Shown here piece after piece: positions 26,184-35,876 of a stretch of DNA of 42,311 nt. The stretch spans positions 1-42,311 of IMG/VR virus record IMGVR_UViG_3300037420_000294. One strand, given 5' to 3'. This DNA comes from a virus. Its lineage: Duplodnaviria; Caudoviricetes. Position 1 is the first letter of the stretch. Each line of letters opens with the position of its first letter. Below the pieces are notes generated by a model. The model made no database searches. It was not told the origin of the DNA and worked only from the letters and a program-made list of their open reading frames with translations. A program made the translations under genes and the position numbers.

Positions 26184-26642
26184 ATGGCAATTACCGTTCA
26201 GAGCACTTACCCGACGGCACCCGCTGCTGGCTTCGCCGGCATGGTCGCGAACGGCGAGAAGTCCAACCGGATCAGCCGATCGGTCGAGGACGCTGGCGGC
26301 ATGGCGTTCGGCGTTGCTGCATTCCGCGGCAGCGGCGATCATGGCTGCACCGCAACTCCGACGGCCAACAAGTTCCTCGGCATCGTCATCGCCGATGTCG
26401 GCCAGGTTCCCGGCCTCGGCGGCACTGCCGACACTCTCGCGCAGTATACGACCGCAAGCCTTCTCAATGAAGGCGTGATCTACGTGAACGCTTCGGTCGC
26501 GGTGAACCAGGGCGACGCCGCCTATGTCACCGCTGGCGGCGCGATCACCAACGTCTCGACTTCGAACACCGCCATCCCGGCGCGGTTCGATGGCACCATT
26601 GCAAGCGCGGGCATTGTGCCGCTGCGCGTGACTCGCTCGTAA
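26184..26642 (+). CDS. Capsid cement / decoration protein
   Basis: Gly/Ala/Thr-rich 152 aa between scaffold and major capsid genes; GGGAG RBS. Confidence 0.75.
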   Translation: MAITVQSTYPTAPAAGFAGMVANGEKSNRISRSVEDAGGMAFGVAAFRGSGDHGCTATPTANKFLGIVIADVGQVPGLGGTADTLAQYTTASLLNEGVIYVNASVAVNQGDAAYVTAGGAITNVSTSNTAIPARFDGTIASAGIVPLRVTRS

Positions 26643-26654
26643 GGGGACTGAAAG

Positions 26655-27590
26655 ATGCCGCGCGACGGACAGATCATCTTCGAGGACGCACAGCAGGCTG
26701 GCGGTTTCCTGGTCCCCCAACTGTACCGCATCCACGGAGCGGTGCTGCAGGCGAAGTACCCGTCTTTCGATTATGCCGGCCTCGTGCCCGTCAACACCGA
26801 CGGCACGATGTGGGACATCGGAACGCTCGTCTATTCTGGCGATCTCGCGGGCGCCGCTGCCTATATCGGCGGCAAGGCTTTCGACATCCCGAACGCGAGC
26901 ATCAACTTCGCGCTGGGCCAGAGCCAGTTCCACCTCGCTGGCGCCGGCTACGAGCTGTCGCTGCAGGAAGTGAACCGCGCCGCGCAGATGAATATTCCGC
27001 TCGATCAGCGCAAGGCTTCTGCCGCGCGCCTGGTCAGCCAGAAGTTCGTCTATGATCGCGTCATTCGCGGCTCGACCGAGAAGAACACGACCGGCCTCAT
27101 CAACAACGCGTCGGTGCCGGCTGCAAGCGCTCCGACGGGCGGCTGGGGAACTGCGACGCCCGCGCAGATCCTCGCGGACGTCAACACCGCGCTCAACGAC
27201 GTCATCACGAACAGCGGCGAGACGGCGATGCCGAACGCCCTGATCCTGCCGACGACCGCGTTCCTGACGGCGAACAACACTCAGGTCACCAACACGAACA
27301 TGTCGGTGCTGACGTTCCTCAAGCAGAACAACAGCTACACGGCGATGACCGGCCAGGAGCTCGACATCCGCGCCAGCCGTGAGCTTCAGGCGGCGGGTTC
27401 CGGTTCGTCGCGGCGCATGGTGGCTTACGAGAAGAGCCCCGACAACATGGAGTTCTTCCTGCCGGGCATGTTCGAGTTCCTGCCGCCGTTCGCCATCTCT
27501 TCGATGGCGTGGAAGGTCGACGGCATCATGAACGTCGGCCAGCTCGAAATCTATCGCCCGAAGACGGTCTCGTACCGCGACGGGATCTAG
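26655..27590 (+). CDS. Major capsid protein (DUF2184 type)
   Basis: 311 aa with E...A.....LD..K, GLIN and P.T.SY.DGI patterns; position in the head module. Confidence 0.88.
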   Translation: MPRDGQIIFEDAQQAGGFLVPQLYRIHGAVLQAKYPSFDYAGLVPVNTDGTMWDIGTLVYSGDLAGAAAYIGGKAFDIPNASINFALGQSQFHLAGAGYELSLQEVNRAAQMNIPLDQRKASAARLVSQKFVYDRVIRGSTEKNTTGLINNASVPAASAPTGGWGTATPAQILADVNTALNDVITNSGETAMPNALILPTTAFLTANNTQVTNTNMSVLTFLKQNNSYTAMTGQELDIRASRELQAAGSGSSRRMVAYEKSPDNMEFFLPGMFEFLPPFAISSMAWKVDGIMNVGQLEIYRPKTVSYRDGI

Positions 27591-27599
27591 GAGGCGTAC

Positions 27600-27788
27600 A
27601 TGACGAAGGTCACCAACACCGCAGAGGGCCCGCGTGGCGTAGAGACCGACAACGGCACCGTGTTCATCGAACCGGGCCAGACGGTCGACGTCGACATCAA
27701 GGAAGGCCACGAGCTCTACGAAGGGCTCGAGAAGGGAGCGGCCGCGGCGAAGAAGGCTGCTGCCGAGGAAGCCGAAGAGGCGAAATAG
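27600..27788 (+). CDS. Small head-associated protein
   Basis: GGAGG RBS; 62 aa after the major capsid gene. Confidence 0.7.
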   Translation: MTKVTNTAEGPRGVETDNGTVFIEPGQTVDVDIKEGHELYEGLEKGAAAAKKAAAEEAEEAK

Positions 27789-27815
27789 CCAGCTCTCTCC
27801 CCTGAGAGAATGCGG

Positions 27816-27850
27816 CGGGCCGTCCTTAACCGGGCGGCCCGTTTCGCGTT
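27816..27850 (+). terminator. Probable intrinsic terminator after the head genes
   Basis: Stem CGGGCCGTCC/GGGCGGCCCG followed by TTTCGCGTT. Confidence 0.55.
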
Positions 27851-27884
27851 GAACCTACAGCGCAGCGCGGCCGCGACGTAACTT
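27851..27884 (+). promoter_or_regulatory. Late promoter element 5
   Basis: GAACCTACA-N19-TAACTT; ATG 6 nt downstream. Confidence 0.8.
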
Positions 27885-27890
27885 TCGGCC

Positions 27891-28649
27891 ATGATCACGT
27901 GGCCCACGAAAGACCCGGATGCGGTCCTCGATTACACGGCGCACATTCCGCTCGACAGCGGCGACAGCATTGCCAGCGGACAGGCCACGATCACGCGCAT
28001 TGACGGCACCGTGGTGCTGGTCAGCCAGACGCTCGCCGCCGCTCCGAGTACGACAGACGGCGCTTACGGGCAGGACCTGACCGCCTGGCTATCGGGCGGC
28101 GCCGATGGAGAGACATCCGTCTTCCGTATCGCATGGACAACCGCCCTCGGCCGCCAGGACGACGCGATCGTCCTGCTGCCGGTTGCGGCGAACGAGCCGG
28201 CCCCACTCGCACTCACCGGCTATGCAAAGCCGAGCGCCGCGGACCTGGTCGCGCGCTATCCCGCTTTCACCGACGTCGATGTGGCGACGATCCGCGCATG
28301 GCTGACCGATGCCGAGCGCTACGTCACCACGGCTTGGGGTGAAGGCGACTATGCGGCCGGCTTGATGAGCCTCGCGGCGCACAATCTGACCATGGCAGGC
28401 CTCGGCACCGATGCAGCGTCGCTGGCAAGCATCCCGGTTGGCGTCACTCGCATGAAATCCGGTTCGCTCGAGGTCGGCTTTACCGATGCCGCCGCGAATG
28501 CCCGGCTCACCGGAGGCTACGGCGCGACGCGCTACGGTGCCGAATATCTCTCGCTTCTGCAGCGCAATCGTGGCGGTCCGCGGGTGGCATCGACCGGCGT
28601 TCCGGTGGACTGCATCGTTCCGCTTGAAGGATGGCCGCAATGGGGCTGA
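27891..28649 (+). CDS. Head-tail connector (DUF4054-like) with an extra N-terminal adaptor-like domain
   Basis: N-terminal KDPD..LDY...WLSGG; C-terminal ARYPAF...AAH.L...T.YG..Y. Confidence 0.72.
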   Translation: MITWPTKDPDAVLDYTAHIPLDSGDSIASGQATITRIDGTVVLVSQTLAAAPSTTDGAYGQDLTAWLSGGADGETSVFRIAWTTALGRQDDAIVLLPVAANEPAPLALTGYAKPSAADLVARYPAFTDVDVATIRAWLTDAERYVTTAWGEGDYAAGLMSLAAHNLTMAGLGTDAASLASIPVGVTRMKSGSLEVGFTDAAANARLTGGYGATRYGAEYLSLLQRNRGGPRVASTGVPVDCIVPLEGWPQWG

Positions 28650-28996
28650 TGGACGGCTCAATCGCTGCTGCGTTTGCTGGCGTGTTTGAGGCCATTTATC
28701 TCGACGGCACGCTCTTCCGGCCGGTCGCGTTCGCCGATGACGGCATGGGCGGCGGTTCGGATCAGAGCTTCGGACCCGGTGAGGCGGTCAAGGTGCAGAT
28801 CGATGCCGCCACCTTCGCCATGCGCGCGAGCGAGGGCTTTATCGAAGGCGACGTGCGGATCCTGATGCTCGCGCATGGCGTCTCCGCTCCGGACACAGAT
28901 TGCGAGATCGGCGCGGGCGGTGCTCGCTACATGGTGGAGAGTGTCGCGACGGATCCGTGCGGCAGCTATTACGAGCTGCGCGGCCGGAAGAAGTAG
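28640..28996 (+). CDS. Head closure / adaptor protein
   Basis: Size and position; ends in DP....YELRGR. Confidence 0.65.
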   Translation: MGLMDGSIAAAFAGVFEAIYLDGTLFRPVAFADDGMGGGSDQSFGPGEAVKVQIDAATFAMRASEGFIEGDVRILMLAHGVSAPDTDCEIGAGGARYMVESVATDPCGSYYELRGRKK

Positions 28997-28997
28997 C

Positions 28998-29411
28998 GTG
29001 CCCCGCATAACCGGCGACAAGGGCGTCACCATCCGCCTCAACAACATCAGCGAGCAAGCCGTGCGCCGCGTCGGTGCGGCACTGTTCGCGGGCGGCGAGG
29101 AGATCAGGGCGGAAGCCAGCCACATGATCACTGAGGGCGCGGTAAGCGGCAAGCACCACGTTCCGAGCGCCCCGGGCGATCCTCCGAACGAAGACACTGG
29201 CGTCCTTCGCACGAACATCGAGACGACGCAGATCGGCCCGCTCAAGGTCGAAGTCAGCAGCAACGCGCCATATGCGGCGGCGCTCGAATTCGGCACGTCG
29301 AAGATGCTTCCCCGCCCGTACATGCAGCCCGCGACCGATCGGAAGCGCGATGCCGTCGTGGCGCTGGTGCGTGGGGCTGTCAGCGCCGCCGTCAAAGCCT
29401 CGAAGGGCTGA
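28998..29411 (+). CDS. HK97 gp10-like tail completion protein
   Basis: SAPGDPP..DTG.L and YA..LEFGT.KM.PRPY..P motifs. Confidence 0.85.
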   Translation: MPRITGDKGVTIRLNNISEQAVRRVGAALFAGGEEIRAEASHMITEGAVSGKHHVPSAPGDPPNEDTGVLRTNIETTQIGPLKVEVSSNAPYAAALEFGTSKMLPRPYMQPATDRKRDAVVALVRGAVSAAVKASKG

Positions 29412-29412
29412 T

Positions 29413-29446
29413 GAACCTACAGGCGGCCCAAGCGCCGCCATATCAT
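29413..29446 (+). promoter_or_regulatory. Late promoter element 6
   Basis: GAACCTACA-N19-TATCAT; leadered, with AGGGGA RBS. Confidence 0.8.
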
Positions 29447-29474
29447 CGCCGCGCATCATCCAAGGGGACAACCC

Positions 29475-29984
29475 ATGCTCGGCGTCGCCGCAACGATCGA
29501 TCTCCATCTCAAGGCCAAGCAGTCAGGCGCAGGCGACCTCGGCACTCCGCAGATGCTGGTCGACGTCCTGAAGTCGATGGAATTCACCCCCGGAACGGCG
29601 GCCGTCGGCCAGGCGAACATCCTTTTCAGCGACACGCGCACGCTCGCGGCTTCGGCAAGCGAAAGCCTGGACATGGCTGGCGTCCTCGCCGATGCGCTCG
29701 GAGCCACCATCGCCGCGGCCGAGATCGTCATGATCTACATCGCCGCCGCGTCCACCAACACCAATGACGTTCAGCTGACCCGCCCGGCATCGAACGGCGT
29801 TCCGCTGTTCCTTGCGGCCGGCGACGGCTTTTCGGTGGGCCCGGGCGACTTCTCGCTTCGGACCTATCGCAACGGCATCGCGGTTACACCCGGCACCGGT
29901 GATCTCGTCACGGTCACCAACGGCGGCGCCGGAACGCCGGTCAGCTACGACATCATCGTCATCGGCCGGACGGTCGCGGCCTGA
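29475..29984 (+). CDS. Putative virion structural protein
   Basis: 169 aa, Thr/Gly/Ala-rich; RBS and own promoter element. Confidence 0.6.
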   Translation: MLGVAATIDLHLKAKQSGAGDLGTPQMLVDVLKSMEFTPGTAAVGQANILFSDTRTLAASASESLDMAGVLADALGATIAAAEIVMIYIAAASTNTNDVQLTRPASNGVPLFLAAGDGFSVGPGDFSLRTYRNGIAVTPGTGDLVTVTNGGAGTPVSYDIIVIGRTVAA

Positions 29985-30328
29985 TGGCCTCGCGCTGGAT
30001 CACCGTTCGGCGGCCATTTGACTTCCGCTGGCCGAGCGGGGCGATCACCGCGTTCACGCCGGCCGACCTTGGCGATCATCTGGTGAAAGCCGAGCTCGCG
30101 GACTTCGCGGTCGGCAAAGGACATGCTACAGAGGGGAAGGTCGACGGGTCGTCTCGTTCCCGGAAGGGGGCCGCGAAGAAGCGCCCGTCGACCAGCCGCA
30201 AGAAGGGCAAGTCCGCTGGCGAGACCGCCGACAGTCGACCAGACAACCGAGTGGCTGAGCCGGATATGGCTGACGCTGATCGGCCCGCTGGTGGGGTCGC
30301 GCTGGATCCTGACTCCGAGCAACGATAA
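29984..30328 (+). CDS. Hypothetical protein
   Basis: Start/stop coupling on both sides. Confidence 0.6.
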   Translation: MASRWITVRRPFDFRWPSGAITAFTPADLGDHLVKAELADFAVGKGHATEGKVDGSSRSRKGAAKKRPSTSRKKGKSAGETADSRPDNRVAEPDMADADRPAGGVALDPDSEQR

Positions 30329-30741
30329 TGAGCGCGAGGCCGCTGCAGAGCTTGCGGCTGAGGCAGGTGATCGTTCCGCTCCTGAGGGGCACGACTGACC
30401 TCACCGGCATCGGCGATCCTGCTATTGGCGATCGCATCTACGGACGCCGCCAACCTGATCAGCTGACCTGGCCGTTCGTTCGCGTCACGGTTGCAGACGA
30501 AGGCCCGCTGAGGAAGGGAACGCAGGTCCGCGTCACCGTCCACGCCTTCAGCCACACGCAGTTCGATGACGAATGCGAGAGCATGAACGAGACGATCCAG
30601 TCGGCGCTCGAGAACGCCGTCCTCGAGCTCGGCGCGAGCACCACGGCCTACATGAGCTGGATCGGCTCTCAGGTGATCCCTGACGCGGCAGAGGCGAGTG
30701 CATGGCACGGGGTCAACAGCTTCTCCGCTACCATCGGCTGA
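30328..30741 (+). CDS. Tail terminator (DUF3168-like)
   Basis: RIY.......WPFV, VHAFS and WHG...F patterns; precedes the tail tube gene. Confidence 0.75.
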   Translation: MSARPLQSLRLRQVIVPLLRGTTDLTGIGDPAIGDRIYGRRQPDQLTWPFVRVTVADEGPLRKGTQVRVTVHAFSHTQFDDECESMNETIQSALENAVLELGASTTAYMSWIGSQVIPDAAEASAWHGVNSFSATIG

Positions 30742-30742
30742 T

Positions 30743-30776
30743 GAACCTACAGCCCTATCGGAGCGGCGCGTAAAGT
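30743..30776 (+). promoter_or_regulatory. Late promoter element 7
   Basis: GAACCTACA-N19-TAAAGT; leadered, with GGAGG RBS. Confidence 0.8.
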
Positions 30777-30830
30777 CGCCGCGGTAAGGCCCCTCGCGCA
30801 GGCGGCTGGTGCTTTGATGGAGGCTCTTCG

Positions 30831-31277
30831 ATGGCGCAGCCGAAAATCCTACGCGGGACGTACTTCTCGCTGATGCTGGGCGACAGCGGCAGCCCCGAGA
30901 CGTTCACCGCGCTGTGCGGCATCACTACCCGGACCTTCAATCACACGCGCAACACCAATGACGTCTATACGCGCGACTGCGCTGACCCGGAGAATGTCCC
31001 GGTTCGCAACCTCATCATCACCGGCGAGGCGTGGAGCCTTACCGGCACCGGCGTCCTCAATCGCGACAATCTCGATACGATCATCGCCGCCGACGACAAT
31101 CAGACGCACAACTGGCGCTATCTTTTCACCGAGCCAGCCGGCGATCTCGTGTTTCAGGGCTTCTACGCTGGCCCGGGCATCATCACCGACTTCCAGATCA
31201 CGGGCGAGGACGCGAATTTCGCGAACATCAGCCTGACGATCAATTCGGACGGCCAGTGGGCATGGAACGCAGTCTAG
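30831..31277 (+). CDS. Tail tube (major tail) protein
   Basis: GD..SPETF..LCG, DC.DP and SDG motifs typical of GTA-like tube proteins. Confidence 0.85.
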   Translation: MAQPKILRGTYFSLMLGDSGSPETFTALCGITTRTFNHTRNTNDVYTRDCADPENVPVRNLIITGEAWSLTGTGVLNRDNLDTIIAADDNQTHNWRYLFTEPAGDLVFQGFYAGPGIITDFQITGEDANFANISLTINSDGQWAWNAV

Positions 31278-31466
31278 GTGCTGCTCTGGCTCGCGATTAG
31301 CGTCATTCTCGTGATCGCCGGCGCAATTATGCTGATGGCGGGCAGCATGTCCGACGATCCCTATTCTGGCGAGCACGCCGCCGCGACCGGCTTCATCGTC
31401 GGCATGTCCGGCGCGGCAAGTCTGTTCGCGTTCCTTGCCACTGTCATCATCAGGGCCATTGGATGA
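31278..31466 (+). CDS. Two-helix membrane microprotein
   Basis: 62 aa with two hydrophobic segments; ATGA overlap with the chaperone gene. Confidence 0.55.
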   Translation: MLLWLAISVILVIAGAIMLMAGSMSDDPYSGEHAAATGFIVGMSGAASLFAFLATVIIRAIG

Positions 31467-31936
31467 GCTGCAGCACGATCGATCTCGACTTCGGCGACGG
31501 CTCCTATACCTTCGCGCTGCCTCTCGCGCAGATCAACGAATTGCAGCGCAAGACGGGCGCCGGCATCGGCGCGATCTATGCTCGAGTGGTCCGCGGTTGC
31601 GTGCCCGATCCGAAGGGCCTGCACGGCGAATGGGTGCTCAATCCAGCGACGGCGGAGTTCTACGCATCCGACCTCATCGAAACCGTGCGTCATGCCCTGA
31701 TTGGCGGCGGCAAGGGCGTCGTTGCCGGTGAAGAGGTCAAGGTGACGCCTGTCATCGCGAACCGCCTGGTCGACACTTACGTGATGGATCAGCCGCTCAT
31801 CGATGCTTGGAAAGTGGCCGCCACGATCCTCGGCGTCTGCATCCTGGGGTACGATCCGCCAAAAAAAGACGAGCCCCCAAAGACGGGGGCGACTTCGGCA
31901 AAGAGGGGCAGGAAGGCTTCTTCGACTACCCCCTAG
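31463..31936 (+). CDS. Tail assembly chaperone (gpG-like)
   Basis: F.DG.Y.F.L....ELQ and ET.R..LIGGG patterns; lies between tube and tape measure genes. Confidence 0.8.
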   Translation: MSCSTIDLDFGDGSYTFALPLAQINELQRKTGAGIGAIYARVVRGCVPDPKGLHGEWVLNPATAEFYASDLIETVRHALIGGGKGVVAGEEVKVTPVIANRLVDTYVMDQPLIDAWKVAATILGVCILGYDPPKKDEPPKTGATSAKRGRKASSTTP

Positions 31937-32130
31937 CGCTTGCCAACTGCGCGAGGATGAACATTCCTCCATCGGAAGCCGGCGCGCTCGACCTCTGGAC
32001 ATATGAAGCGTTGGTGTTTGCCTGGAACGAAGCGCTCACTCGTGACACCGACGATGTCGACGCGCCTGATCCGGAAATCGCGATGCGCGTGCTCGACAAG
32101 GCCAACCGGGACGAGCGCCTGATCCACTAG
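31861..32130 (+). CDS. -1 frameshift extension of the chaperone (gpGT-like)
   Basis: Slippery A AAA AAA G at 31861; the -1 frame is open to 32130. Confidence 0.7.
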   Translation, partial: KKRRAPKDGGDFGKEGQEGFFDYPLALANCARMNIPPSEAGALDLWTYEALVFAWNEALTRDTDDVDAPDPEIAMRVLDKANRDERLIH

Positions 32131-32139
32131 CGTCCCCGC

Positions 32140-32173
32140 GAACCTACAGGCGCAATTTGCCGCGCCATAGAGT
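32140..32173 (+). promoter_or_regulatory. Late promoter element 8
   Basis: GAACCTACA-N19-TAGAGT; ATG 6 nt downstream. Confidence 0.8.
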
Positions 32174-32179
32174 GCGGCC

Positions 32180-34636
32180 ATGCCCGCAAATGCCGATAGC
32201 GTCGTCGTCGAGCTGATCGCCAAGAACGACCAGTTCAACGCTGACGTGCGGCAATCGTCGGCCATCTACCAAAAGAGCATGTCCGACATCGAGACGGCGG
32301 CGGGCGGCGCTGAGAAGGCGCACGGACGCATGACGCTGGCGATGAATAACAATCGCATCGCCCTGCTCGAGTTCCAGCACGTCGTCAGAGGCAGCAGCGA
32401 GCAGCTCGCCCAGGGCGTCCCGCTAACCCAGATCCTCGCTCAGCACATGTCGATGCTCGGCGAGGCGGTTACTCTCGCTGGCGGCACATTCGGGAAGCTC
32501 GGCGCCTTCCTGTCGGGACCATGGGGCATCGCTCTGACGGTCGCGGTTGGGGCCGCGGCGATGCTCATCTCCAAGCATAAGGAACACGCCGACACGCTCG
32601 ACGATCTCGTGCGCAAGCTGCAGGAGCACCACGACAAGACGGTGCTGAGCCAGCAGGCCGACGACATCTGGGCGCATTCCATCGACGGCGTGATCGACAG
32701 CGAGAAGAAGCTCGCTGACGCGATGGAAAACCGGCTGAAAATCCAGAGCGTCGCCGACAAGCAGGCGTTCGCGAGCGCTCAGGCGATCGTCGCGCTTCGG
32801 GCAGCTCAGGTCGCGCAGGCGGAAAGCAAGTACGACGTCGGTGATCCGCGCCTCGTGAAGGTGCAGCAGGCGTTCCACCAGGCCGTCCGCGACATGATGG
32901 ACGACATCAATCAGCAGGGTGAGTACGAAGGCGGCGTAATTTCGGACCTGACGAAGAGGTCGCAGGACTGGGCCGACGCGCAGACCGACATCGTTCGCCG
33001 CCTGCAGGGATATCATCCGGAGCTCGGCGCCTTTTCGGCTGACATCAACGCCGCGTTCGACGCGATGAAGAAAGCGGTCAGCGACGCCGCCAGCGCGAAC
33101 GTGCCGTTCGATTCCGTGACAAGGCAGGTCGACGTCCTCAATAACCGGCTCGCCCAGTCGCCGCAGTTCATCAAGGAATATATCGCCCAGCTGAGGCAAC
33201 TCGCCGCCCAGCTCGAAAGCACCGCGAACGCCGCCAAGAACGTCCCCAAGGCGATCAGCGACTTCAAGTCTGGTCTCGCGGGCGCCGAGGGCACTGGACC
33301 CAACCGCATGGGCTCATCGGCCGCGGGCTTCGGCCAGTTCATGCCGGCGACGTTCGAGCATTATTTCCGACAGGCCTATCCGTATCAATCGGGCCTATCG
33401 AACCAGGCGATCGACGACCTCCGGAACAACAAGCAGGTCGCCGAAGGCGTGATCAATGTTGCGACAGATGATTACGTGAAAATCCTGCAGCGCGCCGGCC
33501 AGCAGATCACTGCGGCGGCGCTTTACACGATGCACATGCTAAGCGCAGGCGATCCCAAGGGAACCGTAGCGTTGCGCCTGCTCAATGCGCCAGCCGGCGC
33601 TTCCGCAAGATCAATCGTCGGCGATCGTGCCGTCGCCCAGAACGGCAATATCTTCACCGGGACCGCCGGTGATGCCCGGCGCGCCATTGCAAGGCGCATC
33701 GGCGACAGCTCGAGCGCGGTCTCCACCGGCGCGATCGCGATACAGCAATCGCTCGACAAGCTTCAGGAGCAGATGGACGAGCGGCTGGCGGACAGCCTCG
33801 AAAAGGAAAAGGATATCTCGGTCGTCAAGAGCGACCAGCAGCGCATCGCGTCGCAGATGATCCGGGATCAGGACGAGATGACCCGGCGCACCGCTGAGCA
33901 GGCCGAAGAGGAAAAGCTGCTCAAGAAGCACCTCGAGGAGGTCGCGGCCCAGCTGGACGAGGCGCGGCGCTTCGGCGGCGCGCTAGTCGATGATGTTCTC
34001 AACCCGGACAACTGGACCTCATGGGGCAATGTCGCGAAGTCGGTGCTGCACGACATCATGAGCGAGCTGATCCAGCTCGCGGCGATCAATCCGCTGAAGA
34101 ACCTGATCAACGGCAACAACGCGCTGCCGACGCTCAGCGGCGTGCTCGGTTCGCTGTTCGGCAGCGGCTTCGATTCGACCGCCTTCAATCTCGCCGGCCA
34201 GGCGGACGCCGCCTATCTCGGCCTTCCGTCCAACTTCTTCGCGTCAGGCCATGCCGAAGGCGGCTACATCAGCGGAGCAGGAAGCGGCACATCGGACAGC
34301 ATCCCGGCGATGCTCTCGAATGGCGAATATGTGCTGAGCGCGGCCGCGGTGAAACGGATCGGAGTCTCGACGCTCGACGCGATGAACGACGGCCACGCCC
34401 GTCATTTCGCGCAGGGCGGCCTCGTGCGCCCGTCGAACGCCATGGCGGCCTCGCCGATGGGCGCGCTCGGCAGCGGCTTCGTGCTCGTCCAGATCGAGGC
34501 GTCGGACTATTTCGACGGACGCGTCATGCAGGTGACCGGCCCGGTCATCGCGCAAGCTGCGATCGCCTCCACCAATGGCGGCGCCGCGCTCTCCCGGCGT
34601 AACCTCTCGCGCGAAGCTCAGCACAGGCTCGAATAG
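32180..34636 (+). CDS. Tape measure protein with a lysozyme-like domain
   Basis: Helical and Ala-rich; AE...N..SSAAG.GQF...T motif; C-terminal GG.I.G.G..TSDSIPA.LSNGE. Confidence 0.9.
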   Translation: MPANADSVVVELIAKNDQFNADVRQSSAIYQKSMSDIETAAGGAEKAHGRMTLAMNNNRIALLEFQHVVRGSSEQLAQGVPLTQILAQHMSMLGEAVTLAGGTFGKLGAFLSGPWGIALTVAVGAAAMLISKHKEHADTLDDLVRKLQEHHDKTVLSQQADDIWAHSIDGVIDSEKKLADAMENRLKIQSVADKQAFASAQAIVALRAAQVAQAESKYDVGDPRLVKVQQAFHQAVRDMMDDINQQGEYEGGVISDLTKRSQDWADAQTDIVRRLQGYHPELGAFSADINAAFDAMKKAVSDAASANVPFDSVTRQVDVLNNRLAQSPQFIKEYIAQLRQLAAQLESTANAAKNVPKAISDFKSGLAGAEGTGPNRMGSSAAGFGQFMPATFEHYFRQAYPYQSGLSNQAIDDLRNNKQVAEGVINVATDDYVKILQRAGQQITAAALYTMHMLSAGDPKGTVALRLLNAPAGASARSIVGDRAVAQNGNIFTGTAGDARRAIARRIGDSSSAVSTGAIAIQQSLDKLQEQMDERLADSLEKEKDISVVKSDQQRIASQMIRDQDEMTRRTAEQAEEEKLLKKHLEEVAAQLDEARRFGGALVDDVLNPDNWTSWGNVAKSVLHDIMSELIQLAAINPLKNLINGNNALPTLSGVLGSLFGSGFDSTAFNLAGQADAAYLGLPSNFFASGHAEGGYISGAGSGTSDSIPAMLSNGEYVLSAAAVKRIGVSTLDAMNDGHARHFAQGGLVRPSNAMAASPMGALGSGFVLVQIEASDYFDGRVMQVTGPVIAQAAIASTNGGAALSRRNLSREAQHRLE

Positions 34637-35221
34637 ATGATCGACCTTCCCGACCATGGCTATAGCGAGCGCAAGATCAGCCCCGTCGACCCGGGCGGCA
34701 CGGCAGACGGCGCACTCGGCGGACCGTCCGACTACATCGACCGGCCCGGCTATCGCTACTCGGTCACCTACACGCTGAGGCCGCTTCGATCGCAGGATGA
34801 CGCTCGCATCTTCGAGACGCTGCTCGAGCAAGCCGCCCGCGATGATGTCAGCTACCCGTTCCCGCTCGACCAGCGGTCGCTTCCCGCCGGGACGCCGCTG
34901 GTGAATGGCTCGAATGCGCCCGGCGCGGTCATCAATCTCAAGGGCCTTCAGCCGGGTTTCCAGTTTCGCATCGGACAGCCGTTCGCGGTGATCCTCGCCG
35001 ACGGGACGGGCTTCATCCATAAGGCGACGGTCGCGACGTCGGTCGGCGACGACGGGCTGGCGAGCGTCCCGGTGTTCCCGCTGACCCGGACCACGTTCGC
35101 GGACGGCCTGACAGTCGAGATCGAGCGCCCCCGCATCCGCGGCATCCTTCAGTGGGACGGATCGACGCAGGGCGCCAACGGGGCGCGCCCGTTCAGCTTC
35201 ACGATCACTGAGAGGCGCTGA
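34637..35221 (+). CDS. Distal tail protein
   Basis: Follows the tape measure gene; 194 aa. Confidence 0.65.
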   Translation: MIDLPDHGYSERKISPVDPGGTADGALGGPSDYIDRPGYRYSVTYTLRPLRSQDDARIFETLLEQAARDDVSYPFPLDQRSLPAGTPLVNGSNAPGAVINLKGLQPGFQFRIGQPFAVILADGTGFIHKATVATSVGDDGLASVPVFPLTRTTFADGLTVEIERPRIRGILQWDGSTQGANGARPFSFTITERR

Positions 35222-35225
35222 TCAG

Positions 35226-35876
35226 ATGACGCCGCAGATGATCGCTGCGCTGTCGGCCGGCCGGGCGCTGCTGACCGCGTTCTTCGAGATCGATCTTCCG
35301 AGCGGCACACGGCGCTTGCTGTACGGCAGCACTGAGGTCGCATGGAGCGGAAACACCTGGCTCGGCTACGACCAGACGATCGGCTCGCTCGCGGCGCCCG
35401 ACGACGTCACTGAGGACATGACCGGGGAAGCGCCGAATACGAGCATCACGCTCATCGTCTCGCCCGACGCCAACCTGGACGACATCGCCGGTGATGCGAT
35501 CCAGCTTTCGCCGCTCAAAATCTGGCTCGTCGCGCTCGAGCTCGACATCAACAAACGACTGCAGGTGGTGCCTGATCCGGAGCTTCTGTTTGACGGCTTC
35601 GTCGACCAGGCGACGATCACGCTCGATTCGAAGCGCAACGAGCTCGATTACACGATCATCTCGGCGTTCGATTACTTCTTCGAGGATAGCGAGGGGCAGC
35701 GGCTCAACGGTCAATTCCATCAGTCGATCTGGCCGGGCGAGAAGGGTCTCGACAACGTCACCGGCGTCACGAAGAAAATCTACTGGGGCGCCTACGGACC
35801 GGCGAGCGCGGGAACGCTGTTCGGCGGCGGCGGCGGACGCGCCGGCCCGGTGCAGGTCTGGATCAGGAACCTGTGA
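35226..35876 (+). CDS. Tail tip / hub protein
   Basis: LF.G..D and HQ...PG..G...V......YWG patterns. Confidence 0.7.
   Translation: MTPQMIAALSAGRALLTAFFEIDLPSGTRRLLYGSTEVAWSGNTWLGYDQTIGSLAAPDDVTEDMTGEAPNTSITLIVSPDANLDDIAGDAIQLSPLKIWLVALELDINKRLQVVPDPELLFDGFVDQATITLDSKRNELDYTIISAFDYFFEDSEGQRLNGQFHQSIWPGEKGLDNVTGVTKKIYWGAYGPASAGTLFGGGGGRAGPVQVWIRNL

Noticed and set aside
25695-27710. Long antisense ORFs (671 aa here; also 10120-11853 and 3098-4528)
   Set aside because: These are shadow frames of GC-rich genes with no motifs, unlike the nested HNH, which has an RBS and catalytic residues.
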